A stretch of 64,000 nt of DNA from an uncultured Candidatus Rokubacteria bacterium (GCA_963758635.1 CAVWWD010000003.1:704001-768000); one strand, 5' to 3'. Counted from the stretch's first letter, positions 30,087 through 46,182 are shown. Notes: generated by a model from the sequence alone, not told the origin. A program made the numbers and translations.

Positions 30087-31075
30087 CGGTCCTCCTTGGG
30101 GAACTGCCAGAAGCGGACGCCGCTGCCGAGGTCCTTCCACTCCGCGGCCGGCCGGTCGCCCAGCGTGCGGCCGAAGTCGGTGGCGGGCGGCTGGCGGAGC
30201 GAGGCGCCCAGCGTCTGCGGGAAGAGCTTGGCCAGCTCCGCCGGCTCGAGCTTCCGGTTCGCCTCCACGCGCCGGACGGCGGTGGGCTGCTGGAGCAGGG
30301 TGTAGCCGTACCCGAACGAGTGGAACACCTGCCCGTTCACGCCGGCGGCGGCGTCCGACGCCAGGTAGACCACGAGCGGGGCCACGTTGTCGGGGTCGCG
30401 CTCCGTTCCCACCGCCTGCTGGCTCGGCCACTTGCCGGTGGTCTCGAACACCTGGCGGCCGCGCGGCGTCGAGTCGATCATGCGCGTCGCGCCGCTCGGC
30501 ATGATGGCGTTGGACGTCACGCCGTACTTGCCCATCGCGTTGGCCGTCGACCACGTGAAGCCGATGATGCCGCACTTGGCCGCGGCGTAGTTGGGCTGGC
30601 CGGCGGCGCCGAGCGCGGACACCGACGACATGTTGATCATGCGGCCGCCCTTCTGCTCCCGCATGGATGGGGAGGCGGCGCGGCACGTGTTGTAGGTGCC
30701 CTTGAGGTGCACGTCCAGCACGGCGTCCCACTCCGCCTCGCTCATGTTGAAGAGCATCCGGTCGCGCAGGATGCCCGCCACGTTGACCACGATGTCGATG
30801 CGGCCGAAGGTGCCGATGGCCTGCTCGACCATGGCGGTGGCCTGGCCGGAGTCCGCCACCGAGCCGTAGTTGGCCACGGCCACGCCACCCGCCTTGGTGA
30901 TCTCGTCCACCACCAGGTCGGCGGGCGCCTTCTCGATGCCGTCGCCCGCGAGGCTGGCGCCGAGGTCGTTGACCACCACCTTCGCGCCTTCCTTCGCCAT
31001 CAGGATCGCGATGCCGCGCCCGATGCCACGTCCCGATCCCGTCACCAGCGCGATCTTTCCGTCGAGCATGCCCAT
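30083..31075 (-). CDS. SDR oxidoreductase (hydroxyacyl-CoA dehydrogenase-like)
   Basis: TGSGRGIG, VVVNDLG, AGILRD, NYAAAK. Confidence 0.92.
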   Translation of the reverse strand: MGMLDGKIALVTGSGRGIGRGIAILMAKEGAKVVVNDLGASLAGDGIEKAPADLVVDEITKAGGVAVANYGSVADSGQATAMVEQAIGTFGRIDIVVNVAGILRDRMLFNMSEAEWDAVLDVHLKGTYNTCRAASPSMREQKGGRMINMSSVSALGAAGQPNYAAAKCGIIGFTWSTANAMGKYGVTSNAIMPSGATRMIDSTPRGRQVFETTGKWPSQQAVGTERDPDNVAPLVVYLASDAAAGVNGQVFHSFGYGYTLLQQPTAVRRVEANRKLEPAELAKLFPQTLGASLRQPPATDFGRTLGDRPAAEWKDLGSGVRFWQFPKEDR

Positions 31076-31157
31076 GGGTTTCTCCTTTGTTGTTCGCCGT
31101 CGGGGCGCCTGCGCAGGGCTCCGGCTCCCGCCGGTCGGGGATGTCAGCCGTTTGTGG

Positions 31158-31946
31158 TCATGTCTGTGCCGGCGGCAGGGAGTCCAGGAAGCCGCCCAGC
31201 ACGCGGTTGAAGGCCTCGGGTTGGTCCAGGTTGGAGGAGTGTCCGGCGTCCCGGATGACTTCCAGGCGAGCGCCGGGGATCTTCTTCGCCATGTACTCGC
31301 AGGCCGCGAGGAACGGGGTGTCCTTGTCGCCGACGATCACGAGCGTGGGCACGGTGATGGACGGCAGCGATTCGATGATCGCGGCGTCCTTCTGCGCGAG
31401 CATGCCGCGCGCGGCGTGGGCCAGGCCCTGGGCCGACGTGTGGTGCCGGATGGCCTGGCGCGTCTCCGCGCTCCGCCCCTCGAGCACGGCGAGCCCGCGC
31501 GTCTCGAGCGCGGTGGCGCGCTCGCGGGCTTTCTTGTTCCAGTCCTCGCGGGCGGTGTCGTTCCGGAAGCCGGGGCCCGAGTCGCAGATGACGAGGGCGC
31601 GGACCATCTCCGGATGGGCCCGGTAGAACGCGAGCGACATCGTGCCGCCGAGCGAGAGCCCGCCGATGACCGCGCGGCCGACGCCGAGGTGCCCGAGCAG
31701 CGCGCGCATGTCCGCCACGGTCAGGTCGTGGGAGTACTGGGCGGGGTCGTCGGGGCTCGAGGTCGAGCCGTGTCCCCGCATGTCCCAGCTCACCACGCGG
31801 TACCGGCCGCCCAGCGCCTCGCGCTGGCCGTCCCACATCCGCCCGGTGGCCGAGTAGCCGTGGCTGAGCAGGACCGGCGGGCCCGAGCCGCCGTCCTGGT
31901 ACTCGATGTCGATCCCGTTGAGCCGCGCGCTGGGCATACGTGTCAC
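31158..31946 (-). CDS. Alpha/beta hydrolase
   Basis: HGYS, DMRGHG, GLSLGG, GDKD, AGHSSN. Confidence 0.9.
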   Translation of the reverse strand: MTRMPSARLNGIDIEYQDGGSGPPVLLSHGYSATGRMWDGQREALGGRYRVVSWDMRGHGSTSSPDDPAQYSHDLTVADMRALLGHLGVGRAVIGGLSLGGTMSLAFYRAHPEMVRALVICDSGPGFRNDTAREDWNKKARERATALETRGLAVLEGRSAETRQAIRHHTSAQGLAHAARGMLAQKDAAIIESLPSITVPTLVIVGDKDTPFLAACEYMAKKIPGARLEVIRDAGHSSNLDQPEAFNRVLGGFLDSLPPAQT

Positions 31947-32009
31947 TCCGGCAGGGGTTGATAGAGGATCGTGAAGTCGCGTGCGCTCATCGTCGGCCTC
32001 CGCTCCGTC

Positions 32010-32663
32010 TCAGCGCCAGGCCCAGACGGGTTGCTCGTAGTGGTCGACGCGCGTGGCGCGACCGTGGACCACGACCTCGCGCATCTGGTAGATCACCGCG
32101 GCGGTCGGCGCGTGGATCAGCGTGGACATCAGCGGGAGCTGGATGACCGGCCGGTCGCTCTCCGGGATCGTGATCGTCCTCGGCACGTCGGGGTGGTCCA
32201 GCTCCGTGAACGGCACGCGATAGACGTGGGCGACCTCCGTGGGGTTCGGCGTGAGCGTGCCGACCGCCATCACGCTCACGACCACGGGGGTGATGATGAA
32301 TCCCGAGCGCGTGCCGTAGTCGTCGAGGCATCCGAGCACCGCGGAAGGATCCACGGTGAGCCCGACCTCCTCCTCGAGCTCGCGGAGGGCCGCCTGCACC
32401 GCGGTCTCCGCGCCGTCGATCCGGCCCCCGGGCAGGGCCCACTGGCCCTTGTGGTCGCGCAGCGTGGCGGCGCGCCGGGTGAGGAGGAAGCACGCGTTGC
32501 CGCGCTCGTCGGGCAGGAGCACGGCGGCGACGGCGGCGGGACGGCGTCCGTCGCGGTCGATGGCCCGCCGCGCGAAGCGCGCCACGTTGGCGCGCGCCCG
32601 CGAGCGGAAGGCGTCGTCGAAGGCGTAGCCCGCGGGGATCTCCCGGGGCGCCACGGAGGTCAT
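32010..32663 (-). CDS. CoA pyrophosphatase (NudL-like NUDIX)
   Basis: LTRRAATLRDHKGQWALPGG, AALRELEEEVGL, NPTEV. Confidence 0.9.
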   Translation of the reverse strand: MTSVAPREIPAGYAFDDAFRSRARANVARFARRAIDRDGRRPAAVAAVLLPDERGNACFLLTRRAATLRDHKGQWALPGGRIDGAETAVQAALRELEEEVGLTVDPSAVLGCLDDYGTRSGFIITPVVVSVMAVGTLTPNPTEVAHVYRVPFTELDHPDVPRTITIPESDRPVIQLPLMSTLIHAPTAAVIYQMREVVVHGRATRVDHYEQPVWAWR

Positions 32664-32676
32664 CGGCGGGCGCGTC

Positions 32677-33468
32677 TCAGTAGGCCGGGAGCTTGCCCGC
32701 CTTGATCCCGGTCTTGCGCACCGCGGCCACTTCCTCGGCGGCCTTGGCCGCCATGTGGCGGCTGTCGCTGGCGAGCGTCACGAACTGGTAGCCGGCCTCG
32801 ATCATCTTGAGCGCGTAGGCGGCGGTGGCGTTGTGGATGCCCGCGGCCACGCCATGGCGCTTGCAGGCGGCCACGATCTTGAGCTGCGCCTCCACCACCG
32901 GCGGGTCGGTCTGGTCCAGGCGGGGCTTGCAGCCCATGGTGAGCGAGAGGTCGGAGGGGCCGACGTACACCGCGTCCACGCCGGGCACGCTCAGGATGTC
33001 GTCGATGTTGCCGACCGCCTGCGCCGTCTCGATCATCGGCATGACCACGATGTCCTCGTTGGCGTGGTCGCCGTAGTCCGCGCCCGCGTAGATCGACGCG
33101 CGCACCGGCCCCCAGCTCCGATAGCCCCGGGGCGCGTACTTGCAGGCCCGCACGAGCGCCTCGGCCTCCTCCCGCGTGTTGATCATGGGGCAGATCACGC
33201 CGTACACGCCGGCGTCGAGGATCTTCATGAGGCGCGCGGGGTCGTTCCAGGGGACGCGGGCGAGGGGAATCGCCTTCGTCGTGGAGATGGCCTGGAGCAT
33301 GGTCACCGCCACCTGGTAGTCCACCACGCCGTGCTGCATGTCGACGGTGAGCGAGTCGAAGCCCTGATGCGCCATCACCTCCGCGGAGAACGAGCTCGGG
33401 ATCGACAGCCACCCGTTCACCACCGCCTCGCCGCGCGCCCAGATCGTCTTCAGCGTGTTCTCTCTCAC
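32677..33468 (-). CDS. HpcH/HpaI aldolase family protein
   Basis: VDMQHG, RVPWN, LDAG, PMIET, VGPSDLS; RBS AAGGAG and upstream TATAAT. Confidence 0.92.
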   Translation of the reverse strand: MRENTLKTIWARGEAVVNGWLSIPSSFSAEVMAHQGFDSLTVDMQHGVVDYQVAVTMLQAISTTKAIPLARVPWNDPARLMKILDAGVYGVICPMINTREEAEALVRACKYAPRGYRSWGPVRASIYAGADYGDHANEDIVVMPMIETAQAVGNIDDILSVPGVDAVYVGPSDLSLTMGCKPRLDQTDPPVVEAQLKIVAACKRHGVAAGIHNATAAYALKMIEAGYQFVTLASDSRHMAAKAAEEVAAVRKTGIKAGKLPAY

Positions 33469-33538
33469 GGAGGTCTCCTTTGGGTCGGCGCCGATGGGGG
33501 CGCCGCGGCGGCCATTATAGCCGGCCGGGGATCGTCGG

Positions 33539-34259
33539 TCAGCGGGCGCGCACGGCCTCGACGAATGCCGCGAACAGACGCCGCGCCGAGTCCTGGTGGC
33601 GTACGAGCTCCTCCGGATGCCACTGCACGCCGACGACGAACCGCGACGGATCCTCGAGCTCGACGGCCTCGACGATCTGGTCGGGCGCCCAGGCGACGGC
33701 GCGGAGGCCCCGGCCCAGCGCCTTCACCGCCTGGTGGTGCATGCTGTTCACGTCCGCGGCGTCCGTGCCCATCACCGACGCGAGCCGGCTGTCCGTGGCG
33801 ATCTTCACCGCGTGGGTGGGCTGGTCGCGCGGCTCCTTCTGGCCGTGGACGAGCGGGGTGCCCGGCTCGCTGACCAGGTCCTGGTGCAGGCTGCCGCCGA
33901 GCGCCACGTTCAGCACCTGGATGCCCCGGCAGACGGCGAGGATGGGCAGGTCGCGCTCGATCGCGATGCCGATGGCGCTGGTCTCGAGCGTGTCGCGGGC
34001 GGGGGCCACGTCGTAGAGCGTCGGGTGCGGCGCCTCGCCGAAGAGCGCGGGGTCCATGTCCCCGCCGCCCGTGAGCAGGAGCCCGTCCAGGCGCAGCGCG
34101 ATGGTGTCGAGCGCGCGGCGCGAGAGCTGGGGGGAGCGCCACCGGCACGCCGCCCGCCTGTTGCACGGCGTGAAGGTACGCCGAGTTGACGTATGCGCGC
34201 TCCGGATGGGTGCCGATGGTGATCGATGTGGTGACGCCGATCAGGGGTGCCGGAGTCAT
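33539..34259 (-). CDS. Gamma-glutamyl-gamma-aminobutyrate hydrolase family (peptidase C26), frameshifted near 34110-34140
   Basis: PLIGVT..Y..AV..AGG.P, GLLLTGG.D, AVCRGIQ, VNSMHHQ, GVQWHPE. Confidence 0.88.
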
Positions 34260-34346
34260 GGCGTCGTATGCTAGCACGCCCGCCGGCGCCGCTGTCCGGC
34301 AAATGCCTGACAAGATTGACCCAGACGCCATGCTAGCATCCACGCC

Positions 34347-36117
34347 ATGACCATCGACTCCGTCTCGTCCCAGCAGGGGACGTCCGGCACGCCCGCCTCC
34401 CCCTCCATGGCGCAGGTGATGGGCAGCCGATGGATGGTCGCGGCCGGTCATCCGCTCGCCGCGCAGGCTGCGGCTCGGATCCTGTCCGAGGGCGGCAACG
34501 CCATCGACGCCGGAGTGGCCGCCGGGCTCACGCTGGGCGTCGTGCATCCGGACATGGTCAGCTTCGCCGGCGTCGCTCCGATCCTGGTGCACCAGGCGAG
34601 CTCCGGCGAGACCTTCGAGGTGTCCGGAGTCGGTCCGTACCCGCGTCGCGCCACCTCCGAGTTCTTCCGCACGAAGTGCGACGGCGAGATCCCGGTCGGA
34701 CTCCTCCGCACCGTGGTGCCGGCCTCGCCGGACGCCTGGTGCACGGCCCTCGCCCGCGCCGGCACGATGACCTTCGCGCAGGTGGTGGCGCCCGCCCTCG
34801 AGTGCGCCGAGCGCGGCTTCCCGCTCTCGACGTTCTCGGCGTACGTCACCGGGAAGAGCGCGGACAAGCTCGCGGGCTGGCCGACCTCGGCGGCCGTGCA
34901 TCTGCCCGGCGGCGCGGCGCCTGCGCCGGGGCGCCGGCTGGTCCAGGCCGAGCTCGCGGAGACGATCAGGCTGATGGTGGCGGGCGAGGCCAAGGCGCGG
35001 GCCCGCGGCCGGGCCGGCGCGATCCGCGCCGCGCGCGACGTGTTCTACCGCGGCGAGATCGCGCGCCGCATCGCCGACTACCACGCCCGCGAGGGCGGGC
35101 TGATGGCGTACGACGACCTGGCGGAGTTCGAGGTCGAGGTGGCCCCCGCGCTTCGCACGTCGTTCCGCGACCTCGAGGTCGCGTCCTGCGGGTTCTGGTG
35201 CCAGGGGCCGGTGCTGCTGCAGATGCTGAACCTCCTCGAGCCGTGGGACTTCCACGCGCTCGGCCACAACTCGCCCCGGGCCCTCCACGTCCTGGTCGAA
35301 GCGGTCAAGCTCGCGTTCGCCGATCGCGAGGGCTACTACGGGGACCCGCGGCACGTGAAGGTGCCGGCGGACGGGCTCCTGTCCAAGGTCTACGCGGACG
35401 CGCGCCGAAAGCTCCTCGCGGAAGACCGCGCGTGGCCCGAGATGCCGCCGCCCGGCGATCCCGTCGGGCTCGCCGCGGTGCGAAACGGCGCCGCCACGAG
35501 CCCGGCGCGCGCGCGTGGGGACGCCGTCGACCGACCTCGGCACCTCGTACGTCTGCGTGGTCGACGCCGAGGGCAACGGGTTCTCCGCGACCCCGAGCGA
35601 TCCCTTCGCGGACTCGCCAGTGGTCCCCGGCGTGGGCTGCGTGGTGTCGCCGCGCGGCTCCCAGGGCTGGCTCACGCCGGGGCATCCGAGCGAGGTCGCG
35701 CCGGGCAAGCGCCCGCGCCTCACGCCGGCGCCCGCCATGGCGTTCCGCGACGGTCGCCTCTACATGCCGTTCGGCACGCCCGGGGGCGACGTGCAGCAGC
35801 AGGCCATGCTCCAGGTGCTGATCAACGTCACGCAACACGGCATGCCGCCCCAGCAGGCCGTGGAGGCGCCGCGCGTGGCCTCGCGCAGCTTCCCCGACTC
35901 CTTCTGGCCCCACACGTACTCGCCGGGCGTCCTCGACGTCGAGGGACGCATCCCGCAGGAGACGCGGGCCGCCCTCGGCGACCTGGGCCACACGGTGCGG
36001 GAGTGGCCGGAGTGGGACTGGCGGGCCGGCGCCGTCTGCGCGATCGTCGTCGGGCCGGACGGCACCCTCATGGGCGGGGCCGATCCGCGGCGCGGCGCGC
36101 ACGCCATCGGCTGGTAG
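34347..36117 (+). CDS. ggt: Gamma-glutamyltransferase family protein (frameshift near 35510)
   Basis: GGNAIDAGVA, LAFADRE..YGDP, then TSYVCVVD, PGKRPRLT, GTPGGDVQQQ, ADPRR in the next frame. Confidence 0.9.
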
Positions 36118-36121
36118 CCGC

Positions 36122-36631
36122 CTGACCCGTACCGCCGCCGACTGGATCCGCCGGCTCGGTCTCTCCCCGCATCCCGAAGGTGGGCACTACCGCGAGACCT
36201 ACCGGTCGGCCGAGCATCTCGCCGCGCATCACCTGCCGGCGCGCTTCGGCGGCGCCCGCTGCCTGTCCACCGCGATCTACTTCCTGCTCGAGGGCGCCGC
36301 GTGCTCGCGCCTGCACCGCATCAAGTCGGACGAGGTCTGGCACTTCTACGACGGCGCTCCGCTCACGCTCCACGTGATCACGCCCGCCGGGACGCTCGAC
36401 GAGGTGGTCATGGGGCGCGACCCCGGGCGGGGTGAGGTGTTCCAGGCCGTGGTCCCGGCCGGCTCCTGGTACGGCGCCGCCCTGGCCGAGTCCGCGTCCT
36501 ACGCGCTGGTGGGCGGCACGGTGGCGCCGGGCTTCGACTTCGCCGATTTCGAGCTCGGTGAGCGCGGGCGGCTCCTCGCCCAGTTCCCCCGGCACCGCGC
36601 CGTCATCGAGCGGCTGACGCCGCCGGACTGA
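36122..36631 (+). CDS. Cupin DUF985 (Cupin_5) family protein
   Basis: In frame from CTG 36122: LSPHPEGGHYRETY, STAIYFLL, HRIKSDEVWHFY, VAPGFDFADFE. Confidence 0.88.
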   Translation: MTRTAADWIRRLGLSPHPEGGHYRETYRSAEHLAAHHLPARFGGARCLSTAIYFLLEGAACSRLHRIKSDEVWHFYDGAPLTLHVITPAGTLDEVVMGRDPGRGEVFQAVVPAGSWYGAALAESASYALVGGTVAPGFDFADFELGERGRLLAQFPRHRAVIERLTPPD

Positions 36632-36670
36632 TGCGGTCGTCCGGATGCCGGGCACGGCGGACGCGAGCCC

Positions 36671-37951
36671 TCAGCCTGCGGGCGCGACCAGGCCCGGCGC
36701 GGCGGGCGCGGCCGTGGGCTTGCGGCTCACCGGCCGCTCGTCGATGGCGAGGGACATCGCGGCGGCCAGCGTGGCCAGCGCCGCGCCCGAGATGAAGGCC
36801 CAGGTGTACGAGTGAGTGGCGTCGAAGAGCCATCCCGCCAGCGCCGCCCCCATCGCCGCGCCCACCTGGTGGGCGAAGAGGATCCAGCCGGAGAGCGCCC
36901 CCACCGACAGCCGCCCGAAGATCCTCGCGGTCAGCGCGGTCGTCGCCGGCACGGTGGAGATGAAGTTGAGCCCGAAGACGGCGGCGAAGAGATACAGCCC
37001 GGGCATGTTCGACACGTAGGGCAGGAACAGCAGCGAGACCCCGCGCACGAAGTAGTACACGGCGAGCGGCCGCTTGGGGCCGAAACGGTCGCAGAGCCAG
37101 CCCGACGAGATCGTGCCGACGATGTTCATCGCTCCCATGACGCCGAGCGCCCGCGCCGCGTCCATCTCGGAGAAGCCGTGCTCGGAGGTGTGCGGCACCA
37201 GGTGCGTGATGACGAGCCCGCCCGTGGTGTAGCCGCACACGAAGAACGTGCTCATGAGCAGCCAGAACGCGGGCACGCGGAGCGCCTCGTCGACGCCGAC
37301 GCGGCGCTCGGCCGGCGCCGCGCCGGCGAGCCGCGGCCCGCCGCCCGCGCCGTACGGCGTGGCGCCGCGCTCGGCGGGATCGTCGCGGACGAAGGCCAGG
37401 CCCGCAGGAATCGTGATCGCGAGCATGATCAGCCCCATGGCCAGGAACGACCAGCGCCAGCCGTGGTTGAGCATGAGCCAGACGGCGAGCGGGAACAGGA
37501 TGAGCTGGCCGGCGGAGGATCCGGCGCCCAGGAGGCCGAGGACCAGTCCGCGCCGCGCCTCGAACCAGCGGGCGGCGATCACCGCGGCCGCGGGCATGCT
37601 CGCGCCTCCTCCGCCCGCGGCCATCAGGATCCCCGCCGTGACGTACAGGTGCCAGAGGGATCCGACCCAGGACGAGAGGACGGCGCCGACGCCGAGCACG
37701 GCACAGGAGAGGACGAGCACCCAGCGGGCGCTCCAGCGGTCGGCGAGCGTTCCGGCGATGGGACTGACCGCGCCGAGCAGCAGCCACGACACCGCGGCCA
37801 CTCCGGACACGGTGGCGCGATCCCAGTGGAACTCCGCCTCCATGGGGCGGATGAACACGCCGAAGACCTGGCGCAACCCAGAGGTGGCGACCATGATGGC
37901 GACGACCGCCCCGAGGACGATCCAGGCCTGATGCGGCTTCGCGTGAGGCAT
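36671..37951 (-). CDS. MFS transporter
   Basis: About 12 TM helices, GTLADRW, RWFEARRGL, GWLCDRFG. Confidence 0.92.
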   Translation of the reverse strand: MPHAKPHQAWIVLGAVVAIMVATSGLRQVFGVFIRPMEAEFHWDRATVSGVAAVSWLLLGAVSPIAGTLADRWSARWVLVLSCAVLGVGAVLSSWVGSLWHLYVTAGILMAAGGGGASMPAAAVIAARWFEARRGLVLGLLGAGSSAGQLILFPLAVWLMLNHGWRWSFLAMGLIMLAITIPAGLAFVRDDPAERGATPYGAGGGPRLAGAAPAERRVGVDEALRVPAFWLLMSTFFVCGYTTGGLVITHLVPHTSEHGFSEMDAARALGVMGAMNIVGTISSGWLCDRFGPKRPLAVYYFVRGVSLLFLPYVSNMPGLYLFAAVFGLNFISTVPATTALTARIFGRLSVGALSGWILFAHQVGAAMGAALAGWLFDATHSYTWAFISGAALATLAAAMSLAIDERPVSRKPTAAPAAPGLVAPAG

Positions 37952-38091
37952 CCCGCCTCCAGTTCGGATCTGAGGGTGCGCTGCGGCGACGAGAGAACTG
38001 GCGTTGAGACGCCCGCGGCGGCGCGGGCGATTCCGGCGGGGGCCGCCGTCGCTGCTCCGCGGCGGCCCCGTTGTCGAGAGGAGCGTCTAGC

Positions 38092-40682
<2,591 letters not shown>

Positions 40683-40686
<4 letters not shown>

Positions 40687-41714
40687 CCGCTCTTCTCCGA
40701 TCGGAGCCGCGCGAGCTCCCTGAACAGTTCCTTCTCCCGCTCGGTCAGACCCGTGGGCACGACGACCTGGACGCGCACGTACTGGTCGCCCGCGCCGCTG
40801 CCCTTGAGCCGCGGCATGCCGTAGCCCGGGAGCCTGAACATCTTCCCCGTCGACGTCTCCGGCGGGATCTTCATGCTGACCGGCCCCTTGAGGGCCGGCA
40901 CCTGCACCTCCCCGCCCAGCGCGGCGTCGGCCACGGGCACGGGCAGGTCGAGGTACACGTCGTCGCCCTTCCGCTCGAAGCGCGGATCGGGCCTCACGGC
41001 CACGCGCAGGTAGAGGTCGCCGCGCGCGCCCTTGCCGATGCCGGCCGGCCCTTCCCCCGCCACGCGCACCCGCGAGCCGGTGTCCACGCCGGCGGGAATC
41101 TTCACGTCGAGGCGACGGCGTCCGGTGCCCCAGCCCGTCCCCCGGCACTGCGTGCACGGCGTCCGCCCCACGTTCCCGGAGCCGCCGCAGGTCTGGCACG
41201 GCTCCGGCAAGTCGAGCGAGATCGTCTTGCGAACGCCCTGGAATGCTTCCTCGAGCGTGACCTCGATCTCCGACTCGACGTCCTCGCCCTTCTCTGGCGC
41301 CACCGGCGCGCCGCCGACCCACTCGCTGCCGAAGACGTCGCCGCGCCCGCCCCGGCGCACGTCCCGAACGCGGCCGGACCCGCCGACGAGGTCGCCGAAG
41401 ATCGTGCGGAAGAACTCCGAGAAGTCGCCCGAGCCGCCGAACCTGACCTCGGCGCCCTCGAACGGCGCGCCCGCCGCACCCGCGCCCGTCCGCGCGTAGC
41501 GCTCCCAGTCGGGACCGAGCGTGTCGTAGCGCTTGCGCTTGTCGGGGTCCGAGAGGACCTCGTAGGCCTCGCTGATCTCCTTGAAGCGATCGGCCTGCCC
41601 CTTGTTCACGTCGGGGTGGTGCTTGCGGGCCAGCCGGCGATAGGCGGTCTTGATCGCCTTCTCGTCGGCGGTGCGCCCGACCCCCAGGGTCTTGTAGTAG
41701 TCCTTGTATTCCAT
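40683..41714 (-). CDS. J-domain chaperone (DnaJ/CbpA-like, half zinc finger)
   Basis: HPD motif, G/F region, [16 protein letters not shown], DnaJ C-terminal domain. Confidence 0.92.
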
Positions 41715-41915
41715 GGGCTTAAACGACGAGACGGCGCCCGCGGGGCCTGTCGCCCTGAGAGCGCCGCCTCGAAGTCATTCTAGCAGGCGTTCGTCGCCCT
41801 CGCAGGGCGGAGGAACGAAAATTGCGGAGGGACGCGTCCAGGATTGCGAGCGGACGAGGGATGGGCAGGGAAGCGCGGGCCACCCGCGCGCTCGAGCGGG
41901 CCACCCGCGCGACGC

Positions 41916-43386
41916 CTAGCCGCGGGCGACCGTGAAGGCGACGTAGAGGGCTTGAGGCCCCCGCTGGAGGAGCACCGTGACCCGCTCGCCTTCCTTGAGA
42001 TCGCGCGTGACGCGGTCGAACTCCTGGATGGTCCGGATGCGCTGGCGGTTGACCTCCCGGATGACGTCGCCGCGCTGGAGCCCGGCCTCGGCGGCCGAGC
42101 TCTCCTCGTCCACCCGGAACACCACGACGCCCTCCCGTTCCGGAGGTTGAGCTGGCGGGCCAGCTCCGGCGTCACCGGACGCACCTCGAGCCCGAGCGAG
42201 CTCCGGCCGGGGCGGGCGCCGGGCTTGAGCGCCACGTTGTCCTCCGGCGTCTCGCCGAGCCGGATCTCCATGGTCCTGGCGCCCTTGTCGCGCCATACCG
42301 CGATGGGCACGGCCTTGCCGGGTCCGGTGGCGGCGACGACCTTCTGGAGCTCCTGCGGCGAGTCCACCTTCTTGCCCCCGAACTCCGTGATGATGTCGCC
42401 GGCGGCGAGGCCCGCCTTCTCGGCCGGGCTGTCCTGCACCACGTCGGCGATGAGGACGCCCTTCGGCTCCTTCAGGCCGAAGCTCTTGGCCAGCTCCGGC
42501 GTCAGCGGCTGGATCGACACGCCGAGCCACCCGCGCGTCACCTTGCCCTTGGCCACCAGCTCGGTGTAGATGCGCTTGGCCATGTTGACGGGGATCGAGA
42601 AGCCGATGCCGACGTTGCCGCCCGAGCGGGAGAGGATGGCGCTGTTGATGCCGACGACCTCGCCTCCCATGTTGACCAGGGGGCCACCCGAGTTGCCGGG
42701 ATTGATGGCGGCGTCGGTCTGCAGGAAGTCGTCGAACGCGTTGCCGGTCAGCGAGCGGCTCTTGGCGCTGATGATGCCCGCGGTCACCGTCTGCTGCAGG
42801 CCGAACGGCGAGCCGATCGCGAGCACCCAGTCTCCGACCTTGACGCGGTCCGAGTCACCGAGCGGCGCGGCCGGGAACGGCCCGCCGCCGGTCAGGCGGA
42901 GCACGGCGAGGTCGGTCCGCCGGTCGGACCCCATGACCTTGGCCTTGTGCTTCTTCCCGTCCGCCGTCACGACCTCGATGTCCGTCGCGCGCTCCACCAC
43001 GTGGGCGTTCGTGAGGGCGATGCCCGTGGGGTCGACGATCACGCCCGAGCCCAGGCTCCGCTGCTGCTGCTCGCGCTCCGGGGCATCGCCGAAGAACCGC
43101 CGCAGGAACTCGTCGCCGAAGAACTCCTCGATGGGGGTGCGGCCGCCGCTGACGCGGGTCACCGCGGTGATGTTGATCACGGCGGGGGCCACGGTCTCCG
43201 CCACGTGCGAGAAGCTGCCCGACGGCACGGGAAGCGCGGTGGGGATGATCGGGGCGGAGACGCCGGTGCGTATGCGCGGCGTCGGCCGGCTGGAGTCCAC
43301 CGCGCTGGCGCTCCAGCTTCCGAGCCCGACCCCGAAGGCGGCCGACAGCAGGACGAGAAAGACCACGGTGGTGCGTCGCATCGAGA

Positions 43387-43390
<4 letters not shown>
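41916..43390 (-). CDS. DegP/DegQ (HtrA) serine protease with two PDZ domains (frameshift near 42135)
   Basis: GSGVI, TNAHVV, DLAV, TDAAINPGNSGGPL, RGWLGV. Confidence 0.92.
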
Positions 43391-45288
<1,898 letters not shown>

Positions 45289-45306
45289 TTTTGCCGCTAC
45301 CAGCCC

Positions 45307-45335
45307 ATGCTAGTCAATGGCCCAGGGGGTGTCAA
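45307..45335 (-). promoter_or_regulatory. Sigma70 promoter of ftsH-degP
   Basis: TTGACA(45335-45330)-17 bp-TAGCAT(45312-45307). Confidence 0.65.
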
Positions 45336-45463
45336 ATGTGCGCGATCCTTCGACGCGCGGCGGGCCGGAGGTATTCCTGGCACGGCGTGGGTGTGCCTGC
45401 CGGCTGACCTGGCGCCTGGGCGTCGCGGCGGCGCTAACCGGCGCGAGGCGGGGGCGGCCGGCG

Positions 45464-46159
45464 TCAGCAGGTCTTGTTCTTCGGGGGCTGGTAATCCTTC
45501 AGCTTGAACGTGCGGAGGAAGCCGTCTTCCCAGATCTCGAGGGGGAGCCGGCCGAGCTCGGTCTGACCGTCGAAGACGGAGAACCTGGTGCGGTCGACGA
45601 AGTCGGGCGCCGGGAGCTTCCGGGCGAGGAAGTCGAGCGTGTCCTGGCGCGGCGAGAAGAGCGCCAGGGTCTCGTTGATGAGCGGGGCGCCGAGCCGTCC
45701 GCTGCCCGGCTTGATCCAGCTCAGGATGACCGAGAAGCCGTCGACGTTGCTGTCACGGGCGACGGTGCCCATTGCGGTCATGCGCCGGAGCAGCTCGACC
45801 CCGTAGCGGGACAGCATCGCGGAGGCGCGGCGCTCCACCGGCAAGGTGGAAAACTGGCCGTCGTCGGCCTGGTCGATCCAGATCCACACCGACAGGTACC
45901 GGGCGTCGTCCGACGCCCACCGCGGCGTCCGGAACCCGATGCCGTTCTTCTGCAGGTCGACCCAGGGGATGCAGTAGTAGATGTGGTCGTAGAACTGGAC
46001 GAGCTGCGGGCGGTACGTCGTCGCCAGGGTCTTGGCCTTGGCGGTGTTGTACCGCTCCATGGGCATCAGGACCTCCTCCAGAGGCGCGCCGAAGCTCGGC
46101 GCGACGGTGGTCCCGGCCAGGATGGCGGCGAGGAGGAAGGCTCGGGTCGACCGCGACAT
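45464..46159 (-). CDS. Hypothetical secreted protein
   Basis: Signal-peptide-like N-terminus; natural amino-acid composition, unlike the shadow ORFs. Confidence 0.75.
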   Translation of the reverse strand: MSRSTRAFLLAAILAGTTVAPSFGAPLEEVLMPMERYNTAKAKTLATTYRPQLVQFYDHIYYCIPWVDLQKNGIGFRTPRWASDDARYLSVWIWIDQADDGQFSTLPVERRASAMLSRYGVELLRRMTAMGTVARDSNVDGFSVILSWIKPGSGRLGAPLINETLALFSPRQDTLDFLARKLPAPDFVDRTRFSVFDGQTELGRLPLEIWEDGFLRTFKLKDYQPPKNKTC

Positions 46160-46182
46160 GCTGCCCGGCGAACCCTACCGGG

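Noticed and set aside
41875..41912. 16-bp direct repeat GCGGGCCACCCGCGCG downstream of degP
   Set aside because: Only two copies of GC-rich sequence; probably a local duplication with no further support.
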